A stretch of DNA of 61,124 nucleotides, filler included, from Catajapyx aquilonaris (lineage: Eukaryota), in assembly GCA_000934665.2 (NCBI GenBank). It is 2 parts of 2 records of this genome, joined end to end, with 100 filler letters (N's around TTAATTAATTAA, not from the genome) between each part and the next. Parts side by side here need not be neighbours in the genome. Positions count along the whole stretch, not along the records: positions 30,658 to 61,124 come from JYFJ02004639.1; 1 more part is not named here. One strand, 5' to 3'. The position numbers were made by a program, and so were the translations under genes. Position 1 is the first letter of the stretch. Each line of letters starts with the position of its first letter. Of this stretch, positions 35,790 through 48,098 are shown piece after piece. Below the pieces are notes generated by a model. The model was not told where the DNA came from. It did no database searches and was given only the letters and a program-made list of their open reading frames with translations.

Positions 35790-37589
35790 AATATATCGTC
35801 TATGGTACCTATAACTCCCAACTGCTAAATTATGTTATTGGATGCTGATTATGTTCATAATTTTCAGTGCGTCATGCTACCCATGCAGGGAGCTGCAAAA
35901 ATGGAAGATAAGGCCCAGAGGGACAGAACAAGTTCCATGAATTAATAGGGTTCTTATTAGGGCGCATATAATATTTTCTTCTGGCGTTTCCTAACAATAC
36001 AGAAAATGGCTCAACCCACGTCGCCATTACTCATCTTATTAGGCCATTAATATGTCTGTAATCAACCAAATATATGGAACCGTCACAAAGAATTCCACAC
36101 ATCATAATTATTATGTAGGCTATAGTAGAGCAATTTTCAAGAGGAAATTGCAATGTTCTTTCGAGTAACAATTATTGCCGCGGACGGGTGAGCAGAGGTG
36201 ACCCTTCCTCTAACCAGTGTCAATCCAGTGGAATCTTCAATTCTTCATTACTCTTTTCAACGATACCCCATATTTGTATTAAAACCAGTCAATTACTAAT
36301 GATCATCAATATGTGAACAACCTGCTTCACATTATCAATCAATGACAGTCATGATGTATCGGAATGCTATCTACTTTTTGGTATATAGAGATGTATTTTT
36401 TTATAACTACATTGGTTCTCCTGTATTTCAATACATTTCTGAGTATTTAATTACATATCGCAAATACTTTCCCTAACTCCCTTTTAATTCATATTTGCAT
36501 AATTCTTAATTCTGAAACCTAATGAAAGAAAAGCACCTAATTACTGAGCAGCTTTTTCTCTGGAAAGACTAACTTTTGATTTTCATTATTTTGTCATTCT
36601 GTTATTATTATTAACTTACGCTTTTCCTGAAGTTGAGAAGTCTTGCAACTAATTTCTTACAATCATTCTTTGGATAAAAATAAGAAAACCGGTAAACATT
36701 AACAAAAAATGTATATGAAACGTATTGATGTATTTAGCATCTAATTACTTTCTTATGCCATATTTAGTATTTAGCATTTAATTACATTTTTATGCAGTAG
36801 TTAGTTTTAGTATCTAATTACATTCAAGTATTTAGTGCCCATCACTGTCTACTATGCATGCATCTTAGAGAATAGACTTACAAGAAATATCTGCAAGGCG
36901 AAGATCATGAGTTGATAGTGCAAGGAGTGCAGTGTTGACAAATATAAATGTCAGTGCCATGTACCTTTTGCACTGTAATTTCCTCTCGAGTGGTTCAACA
37001 GTACGATAGGAAACTGCTATATTATAGTTATCTTGATTTTGTGCAAATTTTTCAGTGCGTCATGCAGGGGAACTGCAAAAATTGGATGGAAGGAGCCAGC
37101 AGAACAGAACCAGTTCCATGAGGAAATAGGTCTTTTATATGTATGAAATGAAATAATGTCCCCTCCCCACTGCATTTAAACTTCTCGCCTGAGCACCCAG
37201 GAGAAGTTGGGGAGGAGAAAGTGTAATAAAAAAACACTCCTGCAATATTGAAAGCAGGCTCTGGAACAGAAATGTTACACCTGCCTCTCCTCCTTCCTCC
37301 CACGCCCCTGACCCTCCTACTGTACACTCATGATGCATATTCCAATCATAAAACCCAAACATAAAAGCATTGCAATCTATGGAGCATGGACTATAATGCA
37401 GAGCTGCACATGGCAAATCCAGTGGACTTGTTATGCTGTTGCTTGTTGTTCAGGCAAAAGCTCAACTCTCTACAAGGACATCATAACCTTCAAAAAACGT
37501 CCCTGCACACCAATAAGGGCTCAAAACCTCCCACAAAGCAACATAAACTGTGCCAGAAACCTTTTTTTTTTTTTTAAATTACCCCTATG

Positions 37590-37838
37590 CTAACCTTTGT
37601 TGGTCTTAAGGGGGGGAAGGAGGTTCCCAAGAGGGGGGCTCCGTATGATATAACTGTAACCACCAGACCTTTTCTCCGGGCCCCGGGCAGAGTAGGGAGT
37701 GCAATATATTCTGCCCAGGCATGTTGGGTGAAAAGTGGAAAAAGACCTGGCCAAGCAGAGGTGACGGGAACGGGATTTGAACCCCGGCCTCCCGCTTGGC
37801 TGGCCAGCGGCGTAACCGCTTGACCACCATGCCTCCCC
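37590..37838 (-). mobile_element. tRNA-derived SINE, family C
   Basis: Minus strand GGGGAGGCATGGTGGTCAAGCGG (A box) ... GGTTCAAATCC (B box), followed by a non-tRNA body. Confidence 0.65.
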
Positions 37839-38395
37839 GAAACAAAGCTATTATGTTGGGCAGACTCTGTTAACTTACATTATATTCAATGAGCCAAAGG
37901 TTAACTTCGATGCTATAAAAGTGGGGAAATTATGTAAAATTATAGTCATAAAATAAAACACACGATAAAGAAAAGATAGTTTATGAAATCAATGATCGTG
38001 CAATACTTTCTGCTGTGTGGGTAAACCTTAAAATAAGCTTACAATAAGCAATGCCATTAATTTCACTAAATGTTAATTTTTGCAAAGAAGATAGAGTTAA
38101 AAAATTGGGCCTCATTTATCATTGCTGTAAAAAGCAATATATACTAATCTCCTGTGGCCAATTGCAGTTTTTTTTTAATTGTAAAGGATCCCATCCATGA
38201 TTCCTTTTTCTCTTCGCATCCATAATGTAAGTTGTTCATGATAGTATTAAATGAAAAATGTGGCAGCCCTTCAGCCTTCAGCCTTCGCCTTATGGCCACC
38301 CTTCGCAATTACCTTTTCTGCCTATAGTGGTAAATCAAGGGGTCAAAAATGAGATTTTTTTGTAATATCACCTTTATTTCTTATTATTGTATTTG

Positions 38396-38398
<3 letters not shown>

Positions 38399-38469
<71 letters not shown>
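38399..38469. repeat. (TA)n microsatellite, target of a mariner insertion
   Basis: Direct reading. Confidence 0.95.
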
Positions 38470-38470
<1 letters not shown>

Positions 38471-38832
38471 GAGGGCAAATAAGAAAGTAATTGAGAACTT
38501 CTTTAATTCAGTGGTTTCACTAGAGAAACTGAAACTGAGATATACATATGAAAGTGCAAGTCTTTCTGTAATTTTAGACATAGTCGCCATACAATTTGGT
38601 GCATTTGTCCCATCAGGACACGAGTTTTTCCATACCCCTGCAGAAGAAAGTGTCAGACTGGGTGGGAAGCCAGTGGGGGATGGCCTCTTTCACTTCCTCG
38701 ATGTCGCTGAAGTTCTGACTGTGGGTAAAATTAGAGAAAGACTTGCACTTTTATGTGTATATCTCAGTTTCAGTTTCTCTAGCGAAACCTCTGAATAAAA
38801 AAAGTTCTCAATTACTATCTGATTCGCCCTCG
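38470..38832 (-). mobile_element. Mariner-derived MITE with transposase C-terminal remnant
   Basis: TA-CGAGGG...CCCTCG-TA; ~105-bp TIRs; minus strand FSDIEEVKEAIPHWLPTQSDTFFCRGMEKLVS*WDKCTKLYGDYV. Confidence 0.88.
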
Positions 38833-38976
38833 TATTTATTGCAACTCGCGACCGCACCTAGGCAAATACGTACTGTGCCTAATGGGAAATCTGGCACTGG
38901 GGACAGGTAAATAGCAACACGAGAGAATTAGCCTCTAACTTAGAACAGAGTATTACTCACAAATGCTACAAAATGC

Positions 38977-39401
38977 TTAACCTCAGGTGGTGACGTGAAG
39001 AAAATTCCTTCTCCGGTTATGTGGGGGCAATTTGCCCCCAAATGTACTGCGACTATTTTTTGCACATAGTACAATGGCACAATAAGTACAGATATTATAT
39101 TTGGCGAAAAAGTTGATTTAATTGACTCCCTGTATCTTAATCCTCTGAAAGTGCACCAACACATATTTGTCACTCCCGGCCACCTCTCCCCTGCTGCCCT
39201 TACTCTACGCATAATTTCGTAGTTAATTTTTTCTGATCGCGGTTAGTAGTATAAAATTTCAACTTCAACGCCAATATTTGTGCCAATAACCAATTGAAGA
39301 AGTTCAAAAAGGAGAAATGAAAATTACCAAAACTTCTTGAGTTATCTTTTAAAATGTGGTGCTGGGGTCAAAATGCCCCCAAGTCACCGACGAAGGGTTA
39401 A
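38977..39401. mobile_element. piggyBac-like MITE (coordinates include TTAA)
   Basis: TTAA-CCTCAGGTGGTGAC ... GTCACCGACGAAGGG-TTAA, with subterminal GGGGC/TCAA..TGCCCCCA palindromes. Confidence 0.6.
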
Positions 39402-40183
39402 GACGGTCCATTCTCTAATGTTACTATTTATCTGTCCCTCATGTAGTCGAGCTATTGATGCCACATGGTATGTCAGTCCACCTTTTCACAATGGAGTTGT
39501 AAAATACATTGTTAGGATGGTTTTTAGGGCCAATTTAAAATATATATCGAAATTGTCCAAATGTGAAAATTCACAATTGAAAATATGAAATTTTAATTTA
39601 GTTTGATTTCCAACAGCTACCAAAAACCGGAAAACAGGTGGGAGCAGTTTTATGCTGATTCACACTAACACTGATTTCAAAATTACCTTTGAAAATTTTG
39701 AAATTAACAAAATAATCTAAATAATAACCCATCATTGAAACACTTCGAGCCCAAACACACTACAGTAGAGTGCTTCTGTTGTTTTTTTTGCAATGCATTG
39801 TGGCAGTGTCTATAAGTTTTAATGCTGCTTCATTTTATGCTACTTTGTTGCTGGAAACAATCACTGGTGTAAAATGGGTCCCACTGCTATTACCAAGAAC
39901 GAGTCATTTCCAGCTACAAATCATGCCATGCACACAAAAGTGATGATATTGTCAGCAATGTAAATAGACAATCAATCGTTATATGTCAAAATGGTTTGAC
40001 GTGGAGATGCATCTCCTTTAGTATTACAGGGACTGTATACAAAATTTCAGGAAACTGGAAGAGGGCAAAAGAAAAAGATGGCCTGCTTCATATGGAATGA
40101 CCGGTACATATTTTAGCTGGTATTTGCAAACAAGAGTCTGTTCATAAATATGTGTAGAGTGACAAAAATATGGTTAACTAATT

Positions 40184-41814
40184 GAAGGGGTCGGTGCAAT
40201 ACTGCCCTAACCCTCCCAAACCTGATTTCGAGAAAAACGCATTTGAAAGTTTGAGATGACCCATAAATCACATTTTCCATGGGACAATATTTAATTTCTA
40301 CCCCAATATACAAGGCACTAATAAGGAACATTTACGTGCTATTATGATGATGATGATGCACCACCCACTCTAAGAATGAGCAAAATAAGGTGGCCGCGTG
40401 TGAAAAAAAGGGTTAGGGCAGTATTGCACCCAACTTGTAATGCGAACTAAATTGGTCAAGAACGTATCACAAGTTAGTTTAATGTTCATATAAATGATAT
40501 CAAATGAACTGTTGTGAGGTGAGGAACATTTTGGTGGCAACTGGTTTAACCTACTGTAGATTGTAAAATAAAAATGTTTAAAAAATTCGCATTATTGAGC
40601 AAAGCGGACACATTTCATATTGTCCAATGTCATGGTTAAACACATGCTAAGGGTGTGGAATTAATATGGTAGGTATACATTGTCATCTGATCATTACTAT
40701 CTTGTTACTATACTGTCGAAGGACAACATCACAGGTCAAGCAGTCTTGGAAATAAAACTTCTGAAATGTCTGTTTTCCACTAATTTGGTCATCTTTATCT
40801 TTGGGGTCATTTTTCTCAGTGTGGGGCTGGGTCAATTTTTAAGATCGCAGAAACGTCTTTTTATGCATAACATAGCGGTATAAGAACTGTTCACTTACCA
40901 TGAATGGTTCACTCGCAACATCAAATAACGTGGAGTAGCCTATAGAGGGCTTTTTCTGACATTTCAGATTTATTATCTCTAAGTCTGCTTGACCTTGATG
41001 TTGTCCTGCAGTAGTAATGACTACTGATGATCAGATGACAATGTATCTACCATATTAATTCCACACGCTTAGCATGTATTTAACAATGACATTGGACCAT
41101 ATGAAATGTGTCCGTTTTGCACAATAATGCGATTTTTTTTTGCATTTTAATTTTACAATCTAGGCTAACCCGTTGCCACCAAAATGTTCCTCATCTTACG
41201 TCAGTTCATTTAATATAATATGAACATGAGGGTACAACAATAACTTCACCTGAATAATGGTCCTTCCGGCTCCATTGTTGCTGAAAGACGTTGCCATATC
41301 TCCGTGGGATTTTCACCTGGGAGGCTCTTAACTTTATTTTTGGCAACACTTCAATGATTTTTATATCAAATTATGAGATGGTCGAGCCACCAAATTGTCT
41401 GTCTTGACATGGAATGACCCAACTACGATTATTACTATTATTATTATTATTATTATTTTGCTGCAATGGACTACTACTTTGCACATCATCATTATCAGGA
41501 TCGAACTCTGAATCTTAGGTACTCTCATCCACATCGGTGTCATCAGGCAAAAGCTCACTATTTAAGCCCAACTCGTGAGACACAGTTGCTCGCAGCTGCA
41601 ATATTTGAAGACGGAGGGTTAGGGCGGTTTTGCTGCAGAAAAGGCATTCATAACCTTGCAGCAATAAAAGCATTGTTTGATTTCTCACCGACAAATGGCA
41701 GAAACTGGACAATCTCAGTGTACTTTATTAGATATTTGAGTGTAGTATATGGAAGTGCACGAAACTCAATTTGTGTCATTTGGTGGGTTAGGGCAGTATT
41801 GCACCGACCCCTTC
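40184..41814. mobile_element. Sola-like composite element with an internal ~220-bp-arm foldback (~40480-41228)
   Basis: AATT TSD; TIR GAAGGGGTCGGTGCAATACTGCCCTAACCC mirrored at 41785-41814; extra TIR fragment at ~40410. Confidence 0.7.
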
Positions 41815-42294
41815 AATTATAATATCTACTTGAAGTTCCACCTTGTGATTTTATACATATTTATACACTTTATGAGTAGCAATCATATTATTTGCAAGAA
41901 AACCCATTTCAATTCCTTGACCTGGGATTTGGCATGGGTGAAGTGCTGAACCAGGCATGCAAATCCTTCAGTTGTACATCCACGACGTAAGATCACTGCA
42001 GATACCAAGAAACAAATTGTGGGTAGCTGTTCAGAGTGTCACTGGAAATCCCAAGACCTGCACACATATTAGAAAGTGAAGCAAAGAGACCTGTGTACGT
42101 GTCCAAACAAATAGGTGCATTTCACAACTCGACTCGGCCATGGAGGAAAGTGAACAGTCATGCTACACTTCATCATGACCGCATCCTGAGAACATCTGGC
42201 CTGCTGATGCAACTGCAACCAATGACTTAAAACAACAACACAAATGAAAGTGTGGACATCTGACAAACTTTGTATTTCATAATGAATAAAAGTG

Positions 42295-42383
42295 TCACAG
42301 TTCAGTGCCACCAGTTGCTGCCAATGAGTTTCTCTTGAATGGGCCCAGGTTTCCCAAGCGTGCCACGCCAATTCCAGCCAGAC
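42295..42383 (-). CDS. DMAC1: DMAC1/TMEM261-like second coding exon with stop
   Basis: Acceptor CTGTAG|; (G)LAGIGVARLGNLGPFKRNSLAATGGTEL-stop completes the second hydrophobic segment; total 83 aa. Confidence 0.8.
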
Positions 42384-42569
42384 CTACAGAGTTATATATG
42401 GTTTATATCAGGTTAGTAGTTCCCACAACACATGGTATTTGCAATCTAAGACTGTAAGAGATATGCTTTAACAACAGCTGTCATGAGATCTTTGGGATTA
42501 ATTAATTGATGAAATATTGCAATTTTCATACTCCATACAAATGATTAAATCCATTGTAAATGGACTGAC

Positions 42570-42732
42570 CTGTAGCAAATGCAGCGACAAATGTCTTGTG
42601 GGCAACAGTAGGTTGCTTCTTCACCATGGATCCAACATATGCCCCTGCGCCAATAAGGCCTAGCCCAGACACCAGTCTGCAGGAAGTGCAGTCCGGGGAG
42701 CTCATTTTCTCATGAATTTCTTGCACGACCAT
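42570..42732 (-). CDS. DMAC1: DMAC1/TMEM261-like (DUF4536) complex I assembly factor, first coding exon
   Basis: MVVQEIHEKMSSPDCTSCRLVSGLGLIGAGAYVGSMVKKQ...; CxSCRxxSGLGLxGAGxYV is the DMAC1 family motif; phase-1 donor G|GTCAGT; start could be either of two Mets. Confidence 0.85.
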
Positions 42733-43055
42733 TCTGACTTACAGAAGTTGTTACGTTGATTCTGTTGCTTGTGTCAGTCATGCAGCCATACCCAAAGTAC
42801 AGGGCTCAAACCTCAAAGAGCAGTGAGTGTCACCATTACTCCCAAGGCCACAGATGCGTATATTACTACCGACTACTACACAGTAGATGTGTAGCACATG
42901 TCATTCACGTCGAGTTCACTAGTGGTTTGACACCCCAATGGTAGATGGAAGATATTGATAATTATCGACGAGAGATGGCACTACACGCTGAATTGTGGGA
43001 AATTCAAACATATGTGGAAATTACTGCAGGACACAAGGTAGGTGTACGTACCTTA

Positions 43056-43222
43056 TCAGTGGGGCTTAACGTCGGCCTATTTCTGCTGCTAAGGCTCAAC
43101 ACCGACGCCAGGGGGTGGTCCTCCTCCTGGAAATTTGGCCACTCTGGGGATCTTTAACGTGCACTCGCGCAATGTCACAAGCACACGGGACCGACGGCTT
43201 TACTTCCCCTCCGAAGGAAGGC
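43056..43222 (-). mobile_element. 3' part of a family-B SINE
   Basis: Reverse complement of 57607-57772 (GGGGAAGTAAAGCCGTCGGTCCC...GCACGTTAAAGATCCCCAGAG); flanked by duplicated CACAAGGTAGGTG. Confidence 0.8.
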
Positions 43223-44076
43223 ACAAGGTAGGTGACCAGTGGTCGACAATTCGTGACCTAATTAGTGAGTGGAAAGCTCATGAAAAAGTGTGCTGCGATT
43301 TTCATTGTACACGTGTTTTATAAAAATTTAAAGTGCAGTTACTCAAGCATCATTACTTATGTAAGTGTAATAATATGTAACGGATGATTATTCAGAATAA
43401 AATCTAATATTACTTTAAGTTATGCTAACCTGACATGGCGTAAAACTTACCCTTCCCTGATGATACAGTATTGACACAACAGCAGTAAATACAGTATTGG
43501 AGGGTGTCAATTACTGGAAGTCTGGAACAGTCATGATTTTGGGTGTCGATAACTGGAGCATTTGCATACGTGCATATTTTTAAAAAATTACGCAAAATTA
43601 ACCTGTTTAATGTGGCACGAATATGCACTGGATGAAAGCAAGAGCTGATGAAAGAGCACGTCTCGACGATTAGAACTAACTTATATTTATGGAAAGAGTG
43701 TCCGACGTGAATTTTTTTCCTTAATGTGTCAACCACTGGGACACTTACCTTATTAATAGTTGTTTGAAATTGTACTGGACTTGTTCATCAAAAACTACAG
43801 CAATTTGTAATTTCCAAATAACCATTCTTTAATTGTTGAAAACCTGCCATTACTACATGTAGACAATATGTAGAAAAGCAATAACAACTTCATTTTCACA
43901 TAATTTTCCCGACTTTTATAGCTTATTTGATACTTTATACCGCATACATCATCCCCAGGTAGCACAAAGGAATCCAATAGTCAAATATTGCGAAGCTTGG
44001 CCATATCTTGGGCGCTGGACCAACATTGGTGCCAATATTGGGACAATCATATACCAATACATACCTGGGTATGTAA

Positions 44077-44218
44077 GTCGGTAAGGATTATATTTCCACA
44101 CCAGGCCGAGATATATATTAGCCTCCATACCGAGGGGAATACGAGTCTTTGCATCACGGGGAGGCAGCACCTCTGTTGGAGGCTAATTTCTCGGCCTGGT
44201 GTGGAAAGGTAATCCGAC
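44077..44218. mobile_element. Short hairpin MITE
   Basis: TTTCCACACCAGGCCGAGA..ATTAGCCTCCA mirrored by TGGAGGCTAAT.TCTCGGCCTGGTGTGGAAA. Confidence 0.65.
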
Positions 44219-44697
44219 TGTACAGTACGAACTGATTTCATATTAAATCTTTTTGCTAAAAGTTAGAACTGGTATTACAGAGTGAGTATAATGTGTTCTT
44301 ACAGATGAAAATGTATTAATTTAGGCTTGGAACAGTTAGAAATTAGGCGAGATATGTTGTGCATTGAATAACAATTACAAGTTATACACTATACATATCT
44401 GCATAGGTGGATTGAAAGTGAGAGTTTGGTAGTTACATAATTGTATGCAGTGCCAGCACCACCATTCAACATCTAAATGTTACAACCAGTTACAACAGGA
44501 ACTTACAGCAGTACAAAAGAATGCATTTCACAATGACCTCCAGGTATACTGAAAATAGGTAGCCTACTTCAAATCTCATGTGTAGGCTACCAGCATGTTG
44601 CAGATATAAGTTAGTTCCTCCGAGTGACCATGTGGAGTAATGCTGCTTGGTTCCTTTCTTGAGCCCACTGCTCGATTACAAATATTAGAATATTTAC

Positions 44698-44955
44698 GGG
44701 CGACACAGTGGTGTAGTGGTTATTACCACAGCCTTCCACCTCTCAGGTCCCGGGTTCGATCCCCGTGTCGGACAGAGGATACTTAAGTGGATAAGAGTTT
44801 CGATGGGTGCTCTCTGACTTTGCGTGGGTTTTCTCGGTGTCCTCCCATTTCCTCCCACAATCAAAATTCATCACAGCCCAGGCAATGAATAAAGACGAAA
44901 AGATGATCCCCTAAAAGGCCCAAGGAGGTCTATCACGGGGTGTCCATTATTATTA
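44698..44955 (+). mobile_element. tRNA-derived SINE with V-domain-like core, family D; degenerate 3' relative at ~24810-24980
   Basis: A box TGGTGTAGTGG, B box GGTTCGATCCC; GCGTGGGTTTTCTCGGTGTCCTCCCATTTCCTCCCACA resembles the V-SINE core; (ATT)n tail; ~13-bp TSD TAGAATAWTTACG. Confidence 0.8.
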
Positions 44956-46606
44956 TAGAATAATTACGAACTCTTGGGAAGAGTAAAAGAGTGCATTCCT
45001 ACTTTAAAATTACCGGTATACTAAATCTGTGAAACAACAAATCGACCTATTTTGTTATTGAATGCATGCAAGAATTCTAGTCAACTTCATTCCCCTTGCA
45101 GAAAGTAGTTTGGGGAGAGAGTGCCAAAAAATGTTTGTACTGCACACAGGCAGCATCTGCCATATTGCATCTCTCTAAGTAGTCTAAGAAATTATTTTTA
45201 TTCAAGGGCACATCACACATTAAAAGTGCCCAGAGCTGGTTTCAATTTAATCAAACTGGCCTGCTGGTGAATAATCAAGGCCTTATCCACTCATCAACCA
45301 AGATGAGGTTCAACTCAGACTGCCAGTTATACCAAAACAATCAAACTTGAAGCTCTACCACAACCAAGTAAAGCAGCATCCAGCTCCCACAGGAGCATAA
45401 GTAGTCCGGTATCACGAAAGACACCATCAGTGAATAGAAGGCTGCAATAATTGGTCGTCTATACGTGCATAACTCTGCTGGGGGTAGGGATGTTGAAGTT
45501 CATGACACTAAGCTTGAAAGTTATAATTAAAAATTGGCAACTGACATTATTTTATTTAGTGGCATGTGTAGGAAATATTTTAAATGGCGATGTTACGACA
45601 GGCGCTGCCAGAGTGTAATTGTCCCTCTGACACTGTGCATTACTCCATTACATGATATGGAGTTAGAAGAGAGTTTGGGCACCTTCTTTCAAAGGGGGGT
45701 CAGTAGTGAGTCCTCCTATCATTTCTTTCTATTGAACCTAACTTCACATGCATATGAACACATGCATATGCTTAAACCTTACAGGCCTAACTTCATAGCA
45801 CAACGAATATAATGTATTCCTGGCCTCTGACGTAACGCTACCACATAAGAACCAATTTGTAGTAGTGGCCGAACAAGTGATACTTGATCATCCTTCCAAA
45901 CTAGGCCAATTTTATTGCTATTTCAATGCACTAGCCTCTACACCAATTCGACCTGAGGAGCTCCCAATCCACCCCACCAACTCCATACCCTCCTCCAGCC
46001 ATGTTCTTCCTTCATCAGTCCCTTCAGTGACTCAATGGTTCGGAGTTCATTGTATGACAATTTTAAAATGTAAAAGATGACCATACTCAATGTTACATTA
46101 CTAGTGAAACTATGCATTTAATATCATGAAATTTTCTGCAAAATTTTCTCAAATTAGTTGTTGAATCTTCTAGTCTATGGCAATTGCAAAACAACTTGTT
46201 CCAGTACTCCTTCCTTTATTACAAACCGCCAAAGTTAGACAATACGTCGTTAATCTGACAAAAGGACAAATTCGACATTTTTGCTGAAATCGGATTATGT
46301 CCTCTGCCAGCACCATCAAGTGTTGGGTCACATTGACAACACAGTGAACCCATGGAACAATTGGTGCCGAAGTTAGAACGGAAAATAAAACCGCCATCCT
46401 ATGTACTTGTATAGCGGCTTGCAGGTTTCTTTTGGCTCTCCTGTAAAATTATGAAAAGGTTGAATTCGTCCTCTGTCAGATCAACGACAAATAAGTCTAC
46501 TCAGCAACTGCTTTCTCTGCTGATACATTCTCAAGCCCACCTACACATACACATCCCCCCCAATAAACACCCACCCACACACTCAACCATTAATGTGGCC
46601 AAAACA

Positions 46607-46896
46607 TATGGGGGAAAGAGTAGGTCCTTTGGACACGCGAAAGGTGGGAGGGTGAGCGGTGGCTGGGGGAAGCTTGGCTGTGTCACAAAGGCAAGGATGC
46701 AAGTATTAATTTTTTGGATTTTGGAAGGGGTATGCGGTACCAACCCAACCTAACCTTCCTTCCTTGCGGATACAGATCTATCTTCAGCGGATACATGCCT
46801 ATCCTTTATCCTTGCCTTTGAGACACAGCCATTGCCCCCAGCTACCTCTCACCCTCCAGCCTTTTGTGTGTCCAAAGGACCTACTCCAACCCATAT
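46607..46896. mobile_element. MITE with imperfect ~90-bp inverted arms
   Basis: GAGTAGGTCCTTTGGACAC / GTGTCCAAAGGACCTACTC and CAAAGGCAAGGAT / ATCCTTGCCTTTG. Confidence 0.7.
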
Positions 46897-47287
46897 GGGT
46901 ATCCCAAGAAAGAACTCCAGGTGGTGATAACAACAAAAAAATTGCAACATATCGAATTATCCCATCCCTTTCTTGCTCATTACTTTATTCACCCCCTCCC
47001 CATTGCCTACTATTGGGAGAAATGATGTATCTAGTGCTGAGGAATCTGTTTTTAATGTGCCGAAAAAGTAAGAAATGTTAAAATAAACTGTAGGGCAGGC
47101 CTTCCTTTCGCATGCAACTAGTAATCAGAAATGATAATATCGGACTGTACCAATCCCCATAGCTACTTGCAGGTGGTTCTCTCATTTTTCCATCCCCATC
47201 CCACCCCCAATGCAACCAACCTTCCACACTGCATGAAAATCAATTTGAGATCGAATTTACAATACATGAACTTAAAATGTTGCTAGC

Positions 47288-47413
47288 TATAGATCGGTCA
47301 CTATATGAACGCAACCGAGTGACCAATTTTATTACAGGAAGGAATACAGTTTGTAATAAAATTCCTGCAATAAAATTGGCCACTCGGCTGCGTTCATATA
47401 GCGACGATCTATA
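47288..47413. mobile_element. Hairpin MITE just downstream of the TMED10 stop
   Basis: TATAGATCGGTCACTATATGAACGCAACCGAGTGACCAATTTTATTACAGGA mirrored. Confidence 0.75.
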
Positions 47414-47788
47414 AGAATGTAATAAAAGTGTTAGAAATGAGGTTTTAACACCTCAAAACAAAAGGATAATAACTGAGACAATATAATCGAGGAAGGACTT
47501 TCATATCAGCTGACTGAATTTGGGAGGGGTAGGGGTATGCTGTACCAACATAACCCACAACCTAACTTTCCTTCCCAGCAGATACAGACCTGTCTTTCAC
47601 CAGATACAAGCCTAGGAAAGTAGGTAAAAATGCAGCATCAGCCGATATGAAATTGTAGCCATAGTTGATTGGTCAGAGGAGGCACATTAAACTGGATGAT
47701 ATCAGTCAAACAGAACAAAATAATTATACAGATTCCCCAACAAACCCAGCACACCATTCATTTTTTTACAGGGTGAGAGTAAGCAAGA

Positions 47789-47910
47789 TCACTCAATTAG
47801 CTTCTTGGCCTTGAAGAAGCGCCTCAGGTAGAGCACCTGCCAGGTAGCCAGAGCCAGAAGGCAACACATGCTGAAGATACTGAAATACAGCACTCGAGAG
47901 TTGGTCGATT
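47789..47910 (-). CDS. TMED10: TMED10 coding exon 5 (transmembrane helix and dilysine tail, stop)
   Basis: (E)[43 protein letters not shown]; the five exons sum to 642 nt = 213 aa plus stop, with consistent phases. Confidence 0.97.
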
Positions 47911-47971
47911 CTGAAAATTAAAAGCTAATTAGAACACAGTTCCAAATGGCATGCACAAAATGATCACAAAC

Positions 47972-48098
47972 CATTAGTGTCTCGCATCTCTTCTTCCCTC
48001 TGCCTCATGTACGCAAAGTCCTGCACGATCGATTCGGAGAGATCCTCCAGTCTCTTCAACTCTACTTCCAGTGGTTTTAATTTTGCCGCCTCTTCTAA
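47972..48098 (-). CDS. TMED10: TMED10 coding exon 4 (coiled coil)
   Basis: [42 protein letters not shown]; acceptor TTTTGTGCAG|, phase-1 donor G|GTTTGT; followed by a 61-nt intron. Confidence 0.96.

Noticed and set aside
39800..39812. TGGCAGTGTCT resembling the 5' end of miR-34
   Set aside because: Only ~11 nt match; the rest of the mature sequence and a hairpin are absent
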